The notes under the pieces: model-generated
Told to the model about the DNA's origin: nothing
Database searches by the model: none
Seen by the model: only the letters and a program-made list of their open reading frames with translations
Assembly (NCBI RefSeq): GCF_964355755.1
Contig: NC_092670.1
Location: 2,842,201-2,906,200 of the forward strand
Direction of reading: 5' to 3'
Source of the DNA: Antedon mediterranea
Taxonomy: Eukaryota > Animalia > Echinodermata
Length of the DNA stretch: 64,000 nt
Program-made: the position numbers and the translations under genes
Shown here: in pieces, positions 13,201-24,771 of the stretch
How the letters are laid out: each line of letters begins with the position of its first letter
Numbering within the stretch: the first letter of the stretch is position 1

Positions 13201-14104
13201 AACGATTCATAAAACGTTTGTATAATGCAACGAATTACTGATTTAATTTTTTTGCAAGATTATTTTTAAATTACGACAATTGCTAAATTATTGATAGCAT
13301 AGTCTACGTATTTGATGAGATTTGTTTAGTAATGATGTGATTTCAGTTAAAAGAGAATTGAATTTATGTTTAAGTATTGATTTGTAACGAGTTTTTTTTA
13401 TAAAGATTAATTTTGAATTTTGATGATCGATATATTGAGATATTGAAAAGAACGACAATCATTTTGTAACAAATATTTTGTTTAACCTTTGAGTCGTTAA
13501 TCTCAAGCATTAATTAATTGATATACAATAACAGGAGATTTTTTTAGTACTTTTAATTGTAATTTTTTTTGACATTGAGTACAAAAGTCGAATTTGTCGA
13601 CCGATTGAAATCGTATTTACCTGTAAATATAAATGCTTAAATCGATAAAGTTGTGATGATAACGATATATTGTGAATAAGTTTGTGTCAACGGGACACAC
13701 ACATTTGTTTCTTTTAAAGTTTTAAGTGATTAAGTTTGATATTTTGATTTTAGGCTGATCAGCCACAGTTTCTTGAGTTTTATGTTTTGATTTGATTTGA
13801 TTTATGTTTGAAGACCATTAGAACGCGATGAGTGTATGTTCAATGTAACATACTATTTTTAAGTTTTGTATTTTATTTTTAACTGATTTATGTTTGATTT
13901 ACGCGAATTTTATACCAAATTCATTTTTAATTTAATTTTTTTAAGAGAGAGAAGAGAGAGAGTGAAAGTGATAAGGTTACACTTCAGAGTCAATGGTTTT
14001 GGCTAACTCAATTTTGCATATATGTATAATAATGTTTTTTTTCTTTTATATAACTTTAATTTTGCATGCCACTATTATAACCATTTTTATATTTTAAATA
14101 GATT

Positions 14105-14128
14105 AAAAAAAAAAGGGAAACAGAGGGA
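14105..14128 (+). promoter_or_regulatory. Polypurine tract of element A
   Basis: AAAAAAAAAAGGGAAACAGAGGGA abutting the 3' LTR. Confidence 0.88.
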
Positions 14129-14740
14129 TGTAATATAACGATATACTGTTATATTTAAGAAATCGACCTTTGTATCGGAATTTAAATAGGTTCACAAACT
14201 TGACCCAGAAAGTCCAGAGGAGAGTTTGTCCAGATGTTTTTAATGACCATTTAGTTTATTATAGAATCCCTAAAGAAAACACTTAGCTTAATTTTGTGAC
14301 TTTCCCATCGTTAAACCAGGAGTGATTGACACTATTTAAGTACAGATTTGACAGTGTCATCCATCACAGAAATACCTTATTATACCGTTAATCACTCCCA
14401 CTTAAACACCCCTGGATCAACTTAGGACCAATCGTTACCCTCACAGATTATGTAATTGACATATGCTAATGAACTGAGCCAATATACTCCCAAGTTTCAG
14501 AAGGGCCCAGACACACCTTACAGCCATTTCACGGAGTACACACCTCACAGCCACTTCTTCAGAAGCAGACCTACACACTTCACACCTCACTGACAGCATC
14601 ATTGATCGTCCGTTCCTTATCTATACTTATAGTTGTATATTGTACTGAAGTATTATACTGAATAAACAATATATGTGTTACGACAGTCAAGCGAGTTAGA
14701 GTCTTTCATTAGTACCTCAACAACGCAACATTATATTACA
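14129..14740 (+). repeat. 3' LTR of element A
   Basis: Direct repeat of 498-1109. Confidence 0.97.
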
Positions 14741-14897
14741 ATATGCCGGTAACGATACCGGTACGACGCCAGCATAATATACCGGTATATTGCAGGCACA
14801 TCTGTGAGAAAGGGGCTAAAGTGAATTTGAAACACAATGTTGACTTACATATTGCAATAACAGAAAATTCACTTGAAAAAAAAATTAAAAAACATAC

Positions 14898-17800
14898 TTT
14901 CTGTATTGCTTGATGGTCCAGCTTCACTTCTTGATTGTTCTAATTTTAGTACAGTATTACAACATCCGTTTTGATGAATATAAAATTATAAAGCCTTTTA
15001 TCAATAATATAATTTGTTTCCCTAAAACCATTCTACTACAGACCTATATCAAGTTATTTTTTGGATTTTTGCTGTATTTATGAATGAGCTTATACTGCTT
15101 TTTTTACCTTTTAATGTTGTCAATGCCTCCACTTCTTTCATCATCTTTCTATCTGTAAGCAGTCTAATGAATTTGTCCATCTTCTCTCCTTTTGCAAGTT
15201 TGCCTTTCATTTCCAGTTTCAAGATTAACCAAAACGGATCTGTGTCTTTGTTGACCCCCTTAATGCCTTTAAGGCGGCCAATAGTTACCATGTTCTCTGT
15301 ATTCAATTGCTGACCAAACGCTATCAATTTTCTTCGATGCTCTGAAAAATGTCTGAATGGAACGGATTTGAAGTTTGGTAATTTCACAATTTTCGTAATC
15401 ACGTCTTGAACTCCCTGAAGTCCGCATATATTAGTAGCTTCAATGAGGATACCGATGTCTGCCGGTTTGAGAAGTCCAGGACCCTCAAGTAGACCAAGCA
15501 GATGATATGGTGTACTTTCACTCTTTATTTTTTTCAAAGTAATGTTTGTATCACGATTCGTGAACTCGCTAAGTAACACTCTCAGCATGTGAATGTTTCC
15601 ACGTTTCTTCCACCAAGTAGATACATCAGTGAGCAGTTCATTGTAATCGTCATCATTCAATTCTAACAATAGTAATAATACAAGTTATTAATAATAATAT
15701 CATTATGTGTTAAAGAGTCAAAACTGTACCATATAAAATGTGGATTTATTGATTTTATATTCTAATATTCTTTTTTGTTATGTATATAGTATGTCTTTTT
15801 TTTTGCTAAGGATTGATATTTGACATTTATTTATTTGTTCTTTCTTTAAACTGAAATATACTTTCAATTCAAATTTACTGATTTACAAAGTGGTTCAGTG
15901 AATACACCATATAGTAAGAAATATAAAAATTAAAAAGAAAAAGGCGGATGAATGTAAGAAAAAGTTAGGTATATATAATATATATTTCCCTAAGTGAAGA
16001 TTTGGAAGTAGTAAAGGACTTATTATGAAGTTCAAATTGTAATCGTTATCATTCGAATCTAATAATTAAAGAATACGATTTATTAATAATAATATCATTA
16101 CGTGTTAAAGAGTCAAAACTGTACCATATAATAATAATTTATTGATTTTATATTTATTCTGACATTCTATTAAGGAATTTGACCTTATTGATTAAAAAGT
16201 ATTTTAACAAAATAGGGAAAAGTGACAACCAACTAAACTACTACCAAAAGTTAAGACTGAAAGAGCAAAGATATTCACCACCAACTTCTGAGTTTTCAAC
16301 CAATGGTAGGAAATCTTTATTTATTTTTTCGGTGCTCACTTTTCCATTTTAATTGTTTTACATATTTGGATGTTTTTTTTTATGTAATAAAATATTCTGA
16401 CTGCCGAGGATTGCAATTTCGGCGTGAATCAGTGGAGCGGGATGTGGAAGCTGAAGGAGAGCAAAATGTGGATGACCGAAAAACATGCGCATCATCCACA
16501 GTTCGTAACTCTTCTAAGAGAGAGAGAGTTTAAAGCCTTAGAATTCTTCAGTTTCATTGACGCTGGTGTTCGAGTGCGGAGCTCAGTGCCATACCTTTGC
16601 TTAACCAACTTAGGAAGGCCTTTGTGGATGAGAGAGAGCCAGGTAAGAACTACCAAATTTTCCAACGAGGGCGAGTTCTTCGTCCTCCTGTGTTTGGGCA
16701 TCATGGTGGGAAATGCCCCCGTCTTGACGTAGTAAATTATCATGGACGAAAGCAACTAAGCGCTGATAGAGATCTTCCGGCCGTTCATTATCTTGTAAAT
16801 GTATATCAGCAAAATCAATAAAATGGGCGCCGGTTGACTGGAATCCATAATGAAGTTGGATAGTTTTGCCAAATTTGTGAAAAAGTGAGGAGGAGCTTTT
16901 AACAATGGTATTCCGGGAAATTATAGGGCAAAAATTAGCGATCTGACCGAGCATGAGTTCAAGGATAGTGAGTTTTTGTTGGGCGGTATGACGACGTGCA
17001 ACAGGTACCTCATCATTGTCGTGAGTTAAGCCGCGAAGGGGAGATGCCCTGGTTTTGGGACGCCAAATTGAACCATCTAGGAGAAATGGGGTTGGTAAGT
17101 ATACACTTTTAGATATGCAAGTTAGGCCGAATACTCAATAAAACTCAATGGACACACTGATCGAGACTGATTCCGTCTCGATATCTATTTATCCCTTTCT
17201 CTCTAGAGGGCAGTATCACATTGCTGCGATATTACATCCCTCTCCACCTTGTTTAGTCTCTATAAATTATTTGATTTAAAAGGTATTTGTTTTGCAAGTA
17301 CTAAAATGCTGAGATAAAAGGATTACTCAAGTACATAAAACGTAATCCTGTTGTGGTGTAGCCAATTTGCCTAAATTAGAAAACGATTAAAAATTGACAA
17401 CTAAAACATTTGTTTCCTTTATCTACAGTAGTAGCTACATTAGATCAACTTTCGTATGCACTTAGAGGTCCAGAGAATTTGACTTCAGAAATTGGTTTAG
17501 AATGGTCAAACAATCATTTTTGGCTTGGTTACACATTTTGAAAATGTGGCAAAAGGTCAGGGTGAAAGGTTTAATACCAAACACCAATAGGTCCTTAAAC
17601 CTCGACAACCACTGGTCACAGCAAGGTAATTTTGGTCTCAAATTGATCAGAAGGTATACAATTATATTTAGTCTAATGGGACATTTTAGTGAAAAATTAC
17701 CGAAAATGCCATTTCTGACCTTTGACCCATTCCCCATGTATGTATCTCCGTAACTAAACTGTTTGTAGACACTTAAATTGCAATATACATATTATTTGTT

Positions 17801-20800
17801 GCACATTTTGAAAAATGTTACAAACGGTCAAAGGGTCAGGTCAAGGGTTATATGAACAAACACAAATAAGGTACTTGTATCTCGGCAACCACTGGTCGCA
17901 GCAAGTCAATTTTAGTCTCAAAATGTTGAGAAGGCATGCATTCATATTCAGTCTAATGGGACATTATAGTAAAAAATGATCAGAAATGCCATTTCTGATC
18001 TTTGACCCACATACCAGGGCATGCAAGTACTGGTCGTAGGAACTTAAATTTGGTATCAATATGTTGGAAATATACATATTTACATTCATTCTAACAGAAA
18101 ATTTGGTGAAAAGATGATCAGAAATACTATTAATTACTAATGTTTCAAACAAAAAACATCCCTCTACACAACTTATTCTTATATAAATGTTATGCAATAA
18201 CTGATGCTTTTTAAAGCATTTAAAAATGGTTTCATCTATATATAAATTTACGTAAGGGCAAAATTCGGTAAATCGCGCCTTACTTCTAGAATTTTTACTC
18301 GATGGTATATAAAGTTGGTTCGTACTTTCGGTACTGATTTTAACCACCTGATGTAACCCTGTTTACTAATTAAATTGAGTTAGATAATTAGTTATTGACG
18401 ATTAAAACGAATTTAGGTTCAACGATTTGCCCCAAATAGGGGTGTTTTCCGATCGTGGTATACACTGTCTAATGGATGTCCATCTTGAAAAATACCCGCC
18501 ACAAAAATGCGAGGAGTTGTCCTAAGGGGGTACTTGTCCGGGGGGTAGTTGTCCGGGGGGTAGTTGTCCGGGGGTTGTTATCCTAAGGGGGTAGTTGTCC
18601 TAAGGGGGTAGTCAACACAAAATTCATTTTGTATTGACAAAATTCATTCTGTGTAAACAAAATTCATTCTGTGTAGACAAAATTAATTCTGTGTTGACAA
18701 AATTAATTCTGTGTAGACAAAATTCATTCTGTATTGACAAAATTAATTATGTGTAGATGGGTGGTAGTTGTTCTAGGGGGTTATTGTCCGGGTGGTAGTT
18801 GTCCGGGTGGTAGTTGTCCGGGTGGTAATTGTCCAGGGGGTAGTTGTCCGGATACGCTTAGTATAACGTATTAATTTGTACATTTAGATTTATAGAGGGC
18901 GACAAACATAATTTTTGATAATCAGAAGATAAAAAAAACTTCAGTTGAAAATATGCTCAACAGAGGACAGCAAAACGAAAACTAAATTTATCACAAATCC
19001 GAAATAGAATGGAAAAATAGAGCCCAGTGGCCGTATTCACCAATCTCTCATTTCATTTAACTCAATAAATATTTCCCTTAAAATTGTATTCACTTTTTTT
19101 TCCACAACTTGGTGAATAACTAGGCAACAATGATAATACATTTGTATATACATTTTTGTTAATTAACAGACACATTTATCATTTACAAAATTAGAAATAC
19201 AATGATAACAAAAAAAATAAATAAAATAAGGTATATTCTCATTGTAAACATTACTTTGCACTTAGGCTAAGTACATTGCAAATAAGGTGTTAAACATTTT
19301 CACTAAAAAGATTTCATTTTTTGAGTAACGCACTTATAAATCAATCAAAGTAAAATTTATTTCTCTTATAAGTTCATAGTAAAAAAATAAAATTAACCGT
19401 ATACGGTAGGCCTTTATGAAAGTATCACTATCATTAAAAAAATTGTCATATCAGACTACATTGAGTGAACTAATATTAAAATATTTCTGACATGCATGAA
19501 TGACTCGGACTCGTTTCTACTGCAACTACTCAACATACGGTATAAAAAAAATACGGTATATTTTTTATGAGCGCTGTTTCTGCATCCAAACATTTACGGT
19601 ATTTAAAAAAATACCGTATTATATACGGTATTTACTTGGCAGCAGAAAAGGCCCTACTTATTCTAAAATTTGAATTACATTTTTGTAGACTAGATTTACA
19701 AGTCAATCGCAGAATCACAGAATTAAAATCTGATAATTTACAAAATGTATCAAAAACATTGAGAAAACACCACCCGGCGTTATGCCAATTTGTAAATCAA
19801 ACTATCGTAATTAAAAAGTAATTTATCAAGAAGACGTTTTTCTAATTTTAGATCAAGCTTTATGTAAATATATCGAAATGTTATTATTTTAAATGGACCA
19901 CTTTGAATGATTAAACATGAATAGCATTATAAGGAATGAAAGGAAGGTTATCGTCATATGCGTACTCTGTCCTTGTTAACTTTTAATTTACTTGTTGTTG
20001 CCTAGGATGTGAAGTGAATTGAGATTTTGTGACGATTAGTTTTTCTTTTTTCTTTTTATTGAACTGCACGATTATGGTTTGAATTTAACAATTGAATTGG
20101 TAAATGGAATTATTTTGGGATTATTAATTAATAATAATTGCATTTCAAATTACTAATTGCATTGCCAATTTCATTTCATTTTAAAATCTATTACTAATTT
20201 CTTTGGTTTGATTTCTCTTCTGCTGAACATTTTTATTTTGCCTCGTAATTCCTAAAAAAAACTTCCGGCGGCTATTATCTCCCTTACTGATTTTCTCTCC
20301 CTAAACTGTCTATGTCCTGTTACATGATATGTATATAAACCAACAAAATCATCATAAAAGTATAAAATTACCTTCCTCTGTTTGCATACTTCTCGGCACT
20401 TTCTCTGTTTGCATACTTCTCGGCCCTTCCTCTGCTAAATAACAAAGAAGAAAATATAAATATAATAATTAATTAATTTGAAACGATAACGATAAGGAAA
20501 TCTGTAAGAATGAGAAAAAATTCGCCCCAACCGATCCACTGGAACTCGGACCGTCCTGCTTGAGCTGTCCTAACCATTAGATCACTGGGGCTTTCATGGT
20601 ATTGTTCAAACTCGATTGGATAGCGACTCTTCAACATTCTCGGCGTGGTACGGAATATATAAATCAATTGTGTTGCGTAGCACTGTGTAAATTATATATA
20701 AATCATACTGTCAAATTATAGAAACAGTGCTCATATTCGAAACATGACCTCATAATCGCGTCGAGCATAGCTCATTGGCAAAAGTTCATACTAGTGGTAT

Positions 20801-22136
20801 ACTCATCTGAAAATGTTATTTGTGTTAAACTGTTCTCGATGCAATACAAAAACGAATTAAGAGACATTTACTATAATTTCTTTACTCATTTTGATCTTGA
20901 GAATGGTTCCATGATGGTTCCGAAACGTCGCTCTTTTTGAAACACTATAAACTAGTATTTTATAGCACGTCAGAACCGTAATTCAGGCTAGAATCCTAGA
21001 TCCCCTAATCACGATATCATCACCACTGTTATGATCGTCCAATGTTAATCGTAAAAAATATCAAAGAATTTAGATTTGAATCGAACATATTCGATGACAA
21101 ATAGAGACGCCCATGCCAAAGGTGAGCTGTGATAGAGTGGAAAAAACGTCTATTTTTATTTATCTACTGTTTGACCTGATAAATAAATAATAAGAATAGA
21201 TTAATATTTTACCTCATGACAAGTCTATCATTCGAATCATAAATTCAGACCATTTATCCATTTCATTGATAAAAATACAATTCCAATGTTTCCATTTCAG
21301 AAATATTCACATTAAACATTAGTAATTATTATAATTAAGAAGATTATAAAACGTTGGAAGCCAGTCAGTCAATGTGAAAACTATACAAACAATTTTTTTA
21401 AGTTGTTTTATTTGTTTGTTACATTATTTAGGTACTTCTATTCGGAAAAAATGTGGATTTCACTATTTTCATAGTTTTCCTCAAATAAACATGGTTTTGC
21501 AAATTTTGTCCTACAACATACCATTAGTCAGGCATTCCACATTTGAGTGTAGTCCAATTTTGTTAAGACTGGTAATAAATTCTTCAATTTTGTCTTCACA
21601 AAGTATTTGTCTGTGTTCAAAATCCAAAATCATACTCCAAGCATCTTGGTATTTCTTTAGCGCAGTACCATTGTACAGTGCATCAATGTTTTCTACATCA
21701 GCCTGTGTAAGTCCATTTCCGAAATCTAAAATCCAGTGTCGATATGGAGTGAACGTTGTAATTTTGATTTCTTGATCTTCGAAGAAAGATTGTGGGAAAA
21801 CTTTCATTACTTCAAATGTTTGAGTTACTTTGATTGTTTCGTAAAGTAACGAAGGCTTGTCTGAACTCAAATACCCTGATGTAATTAAGTGATACAGTAA
21901 GTCTATTGTTTTCTTGGCTTTGTCTATGTTCGCTACTGTAATTAAATCGTGGTATAACACTTTCAGCTGTCGAAAGAGGTTGTGGTCATCATACCATCCT
22001 GAAACGTTCACTAAATTCACACTAAAATCTATAAAATTATTTAAAAGAGAACATTTTAAAGAAATTTAATTTGAAATGTTGGTGGTATGCAAGATGAAAT
22101 CAGTTATTTTCAATCTTTAACATTACCTGTTGCCAT
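14898..22136 (-). CDS. Spliced host gene with two tandem death-effector-domain (DED-DED)-like exons; 3' part not identified in the window. Exons 22136-22127, 22028-21522, 20434-20372, 15662-15108, 14939-14898
   Basis: All introns are GT-AG and phase 1, giving one open frame [16 protein letters not shown].... The two large exons are paralogous helical modules (W..L.VL..DL..L...G.L....L.E..; F..R..L..FG..LT...W..IL..E) that resemble tandem DEDs. Confidence 0.72.
16420..17236 (-). mobile_element. Decayed LTR-retrotransposon fragment (gag-like sequence plus LTR-like end)
   Basis: Frameshifted ORFs [40 protein letters not shown] and [17 protein letters not shown] resemble gag-like ORFs of marine-invertebrate retroelements (recognised from memory). 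TGTAATATCG preceded by a purine tract at 17236-17250. Confidence 0.6.
17520..18010. repeat. Diverged direct repeat (about 290-bp period) rich in GGTCA/TGACC motifs, unclassified
   Basis: 17520-17735 aligns by eye with 17800-18010. Confidence 0.6.
18515..18856 (-). repeat. One arm of the GGACAACTACCCC foldback family with an inserted 20-bp tandem array
   Basis: (GGGGGTAGTTGTCC)n ending CCGGATACG, the reverse complement of the 33401 terminus. About 7 copies of ACAAAATTCATTCTGTGTAG at 18616-18757. Confidence 0.85.
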
Positions 22137-22790
22137 ATTGTCAGTTTTCTGTCTTCATTTCTGAAAAATGTAATTTGTTGTATTTAAAATAAACTGTTTA
22201 TGGATCAATTCATCTTGTTTTGCAAAGTAACATTATCGGAAGTTTATCAAAAAGTAAAGTACTAAATTTAATATTCGCCTATATGTTTAGGCTAAATTTA
22301 CCTATACAAAACTAACTTTAGAGGACCTAACATGAAAGAACCATCCAATTTGCATAATACTGGACAAATATTATCAAATTATGAGAATTCGTCATTGTCA
22401 AAATGTTTTAAATTATTTTTTCATTTTCATTCTCATTGATTAAGACAATTTATCCTTTTGAATGATTGATGATCTTCATTGAACAATATTATATTTACTT
22501 TTTCACAAGGAAAAGAAAGCTGAGAACGGTTGCAGAGGAAAGAACCAACAAACAAATTGAATGTTAACCATTAAGTTAAAATATGAAAGGTACTGTTACT
22601 AGAACTGTCATTTAAAAGTGAAAACAGTAAACAGTAGAATTGTATCTGTTTGTTTATTGTTGCGACAATAAACGATGGCGGTTTCCATCATGATTGTATA
22701 AGTAATATAGGCCTAAGTAAAATTAACGGCAACAAGCCATTTCAACCCCACTCTCTTCCTGTCTGTCATCTAGCGTATCAATTATACAAT

Positions 22791-22930
22791 GCAGTGGAGC
22801 TGTAGTTTGGTGGTTGACGTGCTTTCCTTCCAATCCCAAGGACCGGGGTTCAATCCGGACCTAGTGCAGGGTTTGTAACTCACAACTCTTTCAACTCCAC
22901 TCCCTAAGTCTCAAATAAGACTTAGTTTTA
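22791..22930 (+). mobile_element. tRNA-derived SINE-like head
   Basis: A-box-like TAGTTTGGTGG and B box GGTTCAATCC (22847-22856) at tRNA spacing. No proper cloverleaf. Confidence 0.6.
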
Positions 22931-23233
22931 GGGCACAATAATTTATTAAATAGTTTATCCATTCTGTGATTGGCGAGTTTGTGCTAGCTGTTGGATGTGT
23001 ATGAAATAAGAAAAATAAACTCAGAGTTATACCTATCATATCAATAAATGTTTGGAAAAAAAGTAGGCCTACTGTTACATAAATTGCACAACTTACATTA
23101 ATACTTAAAACTGAACTGTACTAGATGTCTGACTTTCTAAATTGTACCGTACAGAGCCAATCTATGACGATTTTCTAGAAGAATTGCACCACTCCTTTCA
23201 CTATAGTTGAAGTACTCATGTCACAAGTCTATC

Positions 23234-23505
23234 CTACATTACGGTAGACAACCAACTTTATGACCAACAGTAATTTACTGTAGTTTTATAGTAATTTATT
23301 TTCAACAGTACCTGTGATTCTACATTACGGTAGACAACCGACTTTATGACCAACAGTAATTTACTGTAGTTTTACAGTAATTTATTTTCAACAGTACCTG
23401 TGATTCTACATTGCGGTAGACAACCGACTTTATGACCAACAGTAATTTACTGTAGTTTTACAGTATTTTATTTTCAACAGTACCTGTAATTCTACATTAC
23501 GGTAA
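23234..23505. repeat. 86-bp tandem repeat, about 3.2 copies, near a ...TTTTAACAGTG transposon-like end
   Basis: CTACATTACGGTAGACAACC recurs at 23234, 23320 and 23406, with a partial copy near 23492. Confidence 0.9.
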
Positions 23506-24771
23506 ATTACTGGCGTCCAGATTGCAAGTAATTTACCGTTTTTTTACAAGAATTGTTTTAACAGTGCACAAGTGAAGTTTCTTTGAAATGTTCATACAAA
23601 AATATAATTGTTTTGCCTATAGTAAGTCTAGAAGGAAGTTTTCTACTGACTAGGAAACTATTGTGAATGACTCTTTACAATCAGTAATAAATTGTATTAG
23701 TACCATGGTGGTACAAGACACCATTTGTCTATTGATACGAACCTTATACAAAAGTAGTTATCTTAGATATGATCAGTGACATAACAATACAAACAATAAC
23801 TCATAATCCAGTCTAGAAATAGCAAATTTCGATTTAGAATTTGAAAGAAAGCGTACCTCTCACTTCTACATCTATTTGTTTCGATTTAGGTGGTATGTGC
23901 TTTTTTACTTTCATGACAAAAGCCTACGGTACAGAAACACACATACCCTCGTACACATTTATATGTACACCACATGGGCTATTTCACTATTAGTTAATTC
24001 TGAAACGTCTGCCTGATTAGGTCTGTTTTTATTTAACAACAAAGTGAGAGGCGGCATTGTCTGGCATTACTGCCAACCTTGCTGACCCTCATTCCTCTAT
24101 TATATCCGTCACAGAGCTCGTTTACCGAAACTGATTAATACACCTTAGTATCATGCCATGGTCGTCTAACAAAACCCCATTTCAGACACACCTCACAAAT
24201 ATAACCCACTATCAAAGAATACTACAACAGAACATGTTTACAACCATTCACATTAATAACTCATTTATTTATATAGCATAACTTCAAACATGCTCGTACA
24301 TTAGTCAAAATGTTGAATAATTCAGTCATGGTGTACCACGACCACCAGCCAAAATGACAAATTAGTTTAATATATACCATGTTTACACGACAGCATGTGA
24401 TATGTTCCACCCAATAAGTTTGTGTTTAGCAGCCGATAAACCATCCTCCGACCTATGATCAAAACTGACATACATTGTGTATCGTCAGCGTATTATATAT
24501 GTGATAAGCTACATCAAAACGCTTAATAATAATATCAGCGATAGGTTGATCATACACAGTGAAAATAAGAGGTTCAACCATAGACCCCTCAGAGGAACAC
24601 CGTACTGGAAAATATGGTTTCTAGAGTATTCACCAAGTTCACAAACTCTAATATAACGGTCTTGATGGTAGCTAGTTACCCAATGTAAACAGAGCCAGTA
24701 ATACCAAATTCCCTCTACAAATGACTGACAAGGATGTCGTGATCTATCGTGCCAAATTCAGAGGACAAATC

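Larger units (their letters stand above)
2606..13241 (+). pseudogene. pol: pol of element A (protease, RT, RNase H, integrase, C-terminal extension) in pieces 2606-2994, 7642-8896 and 10216-13241
   Basis: LFDSGS protease, with DLILG restored across the nested element. RT DLKSAF...QGL...HHDD. RNase H YSDTS/TELE/ADFLSR. Integrase H-H-C-C plus D,D,E and WVGPL (GPY/F). Frameshift in an A-run near 12495. Confidence 0.93.
498..14740 (+). mobile_element. Full-length Ty3/Gypsy LTR retrotransposon (element A) with nested insertions
   Basis: 612-bp direct LTRs (498-1109, 14129-14740) with TGTAATATAA...TTATATTACA termini. 4-bp TSD ATAT (494-497, 14741-14744). PBS, PPT, gag and a PR-RT-RH-IN pol in Gypsy order. 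Confidence 0.97.

Noticed and set aside
12600-14100. Possible env or third ORF in element A
   Set aside because: 12600-13241 continues integrase after a frameshift and has no signal peptide or TM segment. The following 880 bp has no ORF.
22791-22870. Functional tRNA gene (also the tRNA-like stretch near 20515-20592, minus strand)
   Set aside because: Only box-like motifs are present. Acceptor and anticodon stems do not pair well, which fits SINE remnants better.
23234-23505. Regularly spaced repeats as a CRISPR array (also 52030-52730 and 18616-18757)
   Set aside because: Whole units repeat with no unique spacers, there are no cas genes, and the context is eukaryotic. These are minisatellites.
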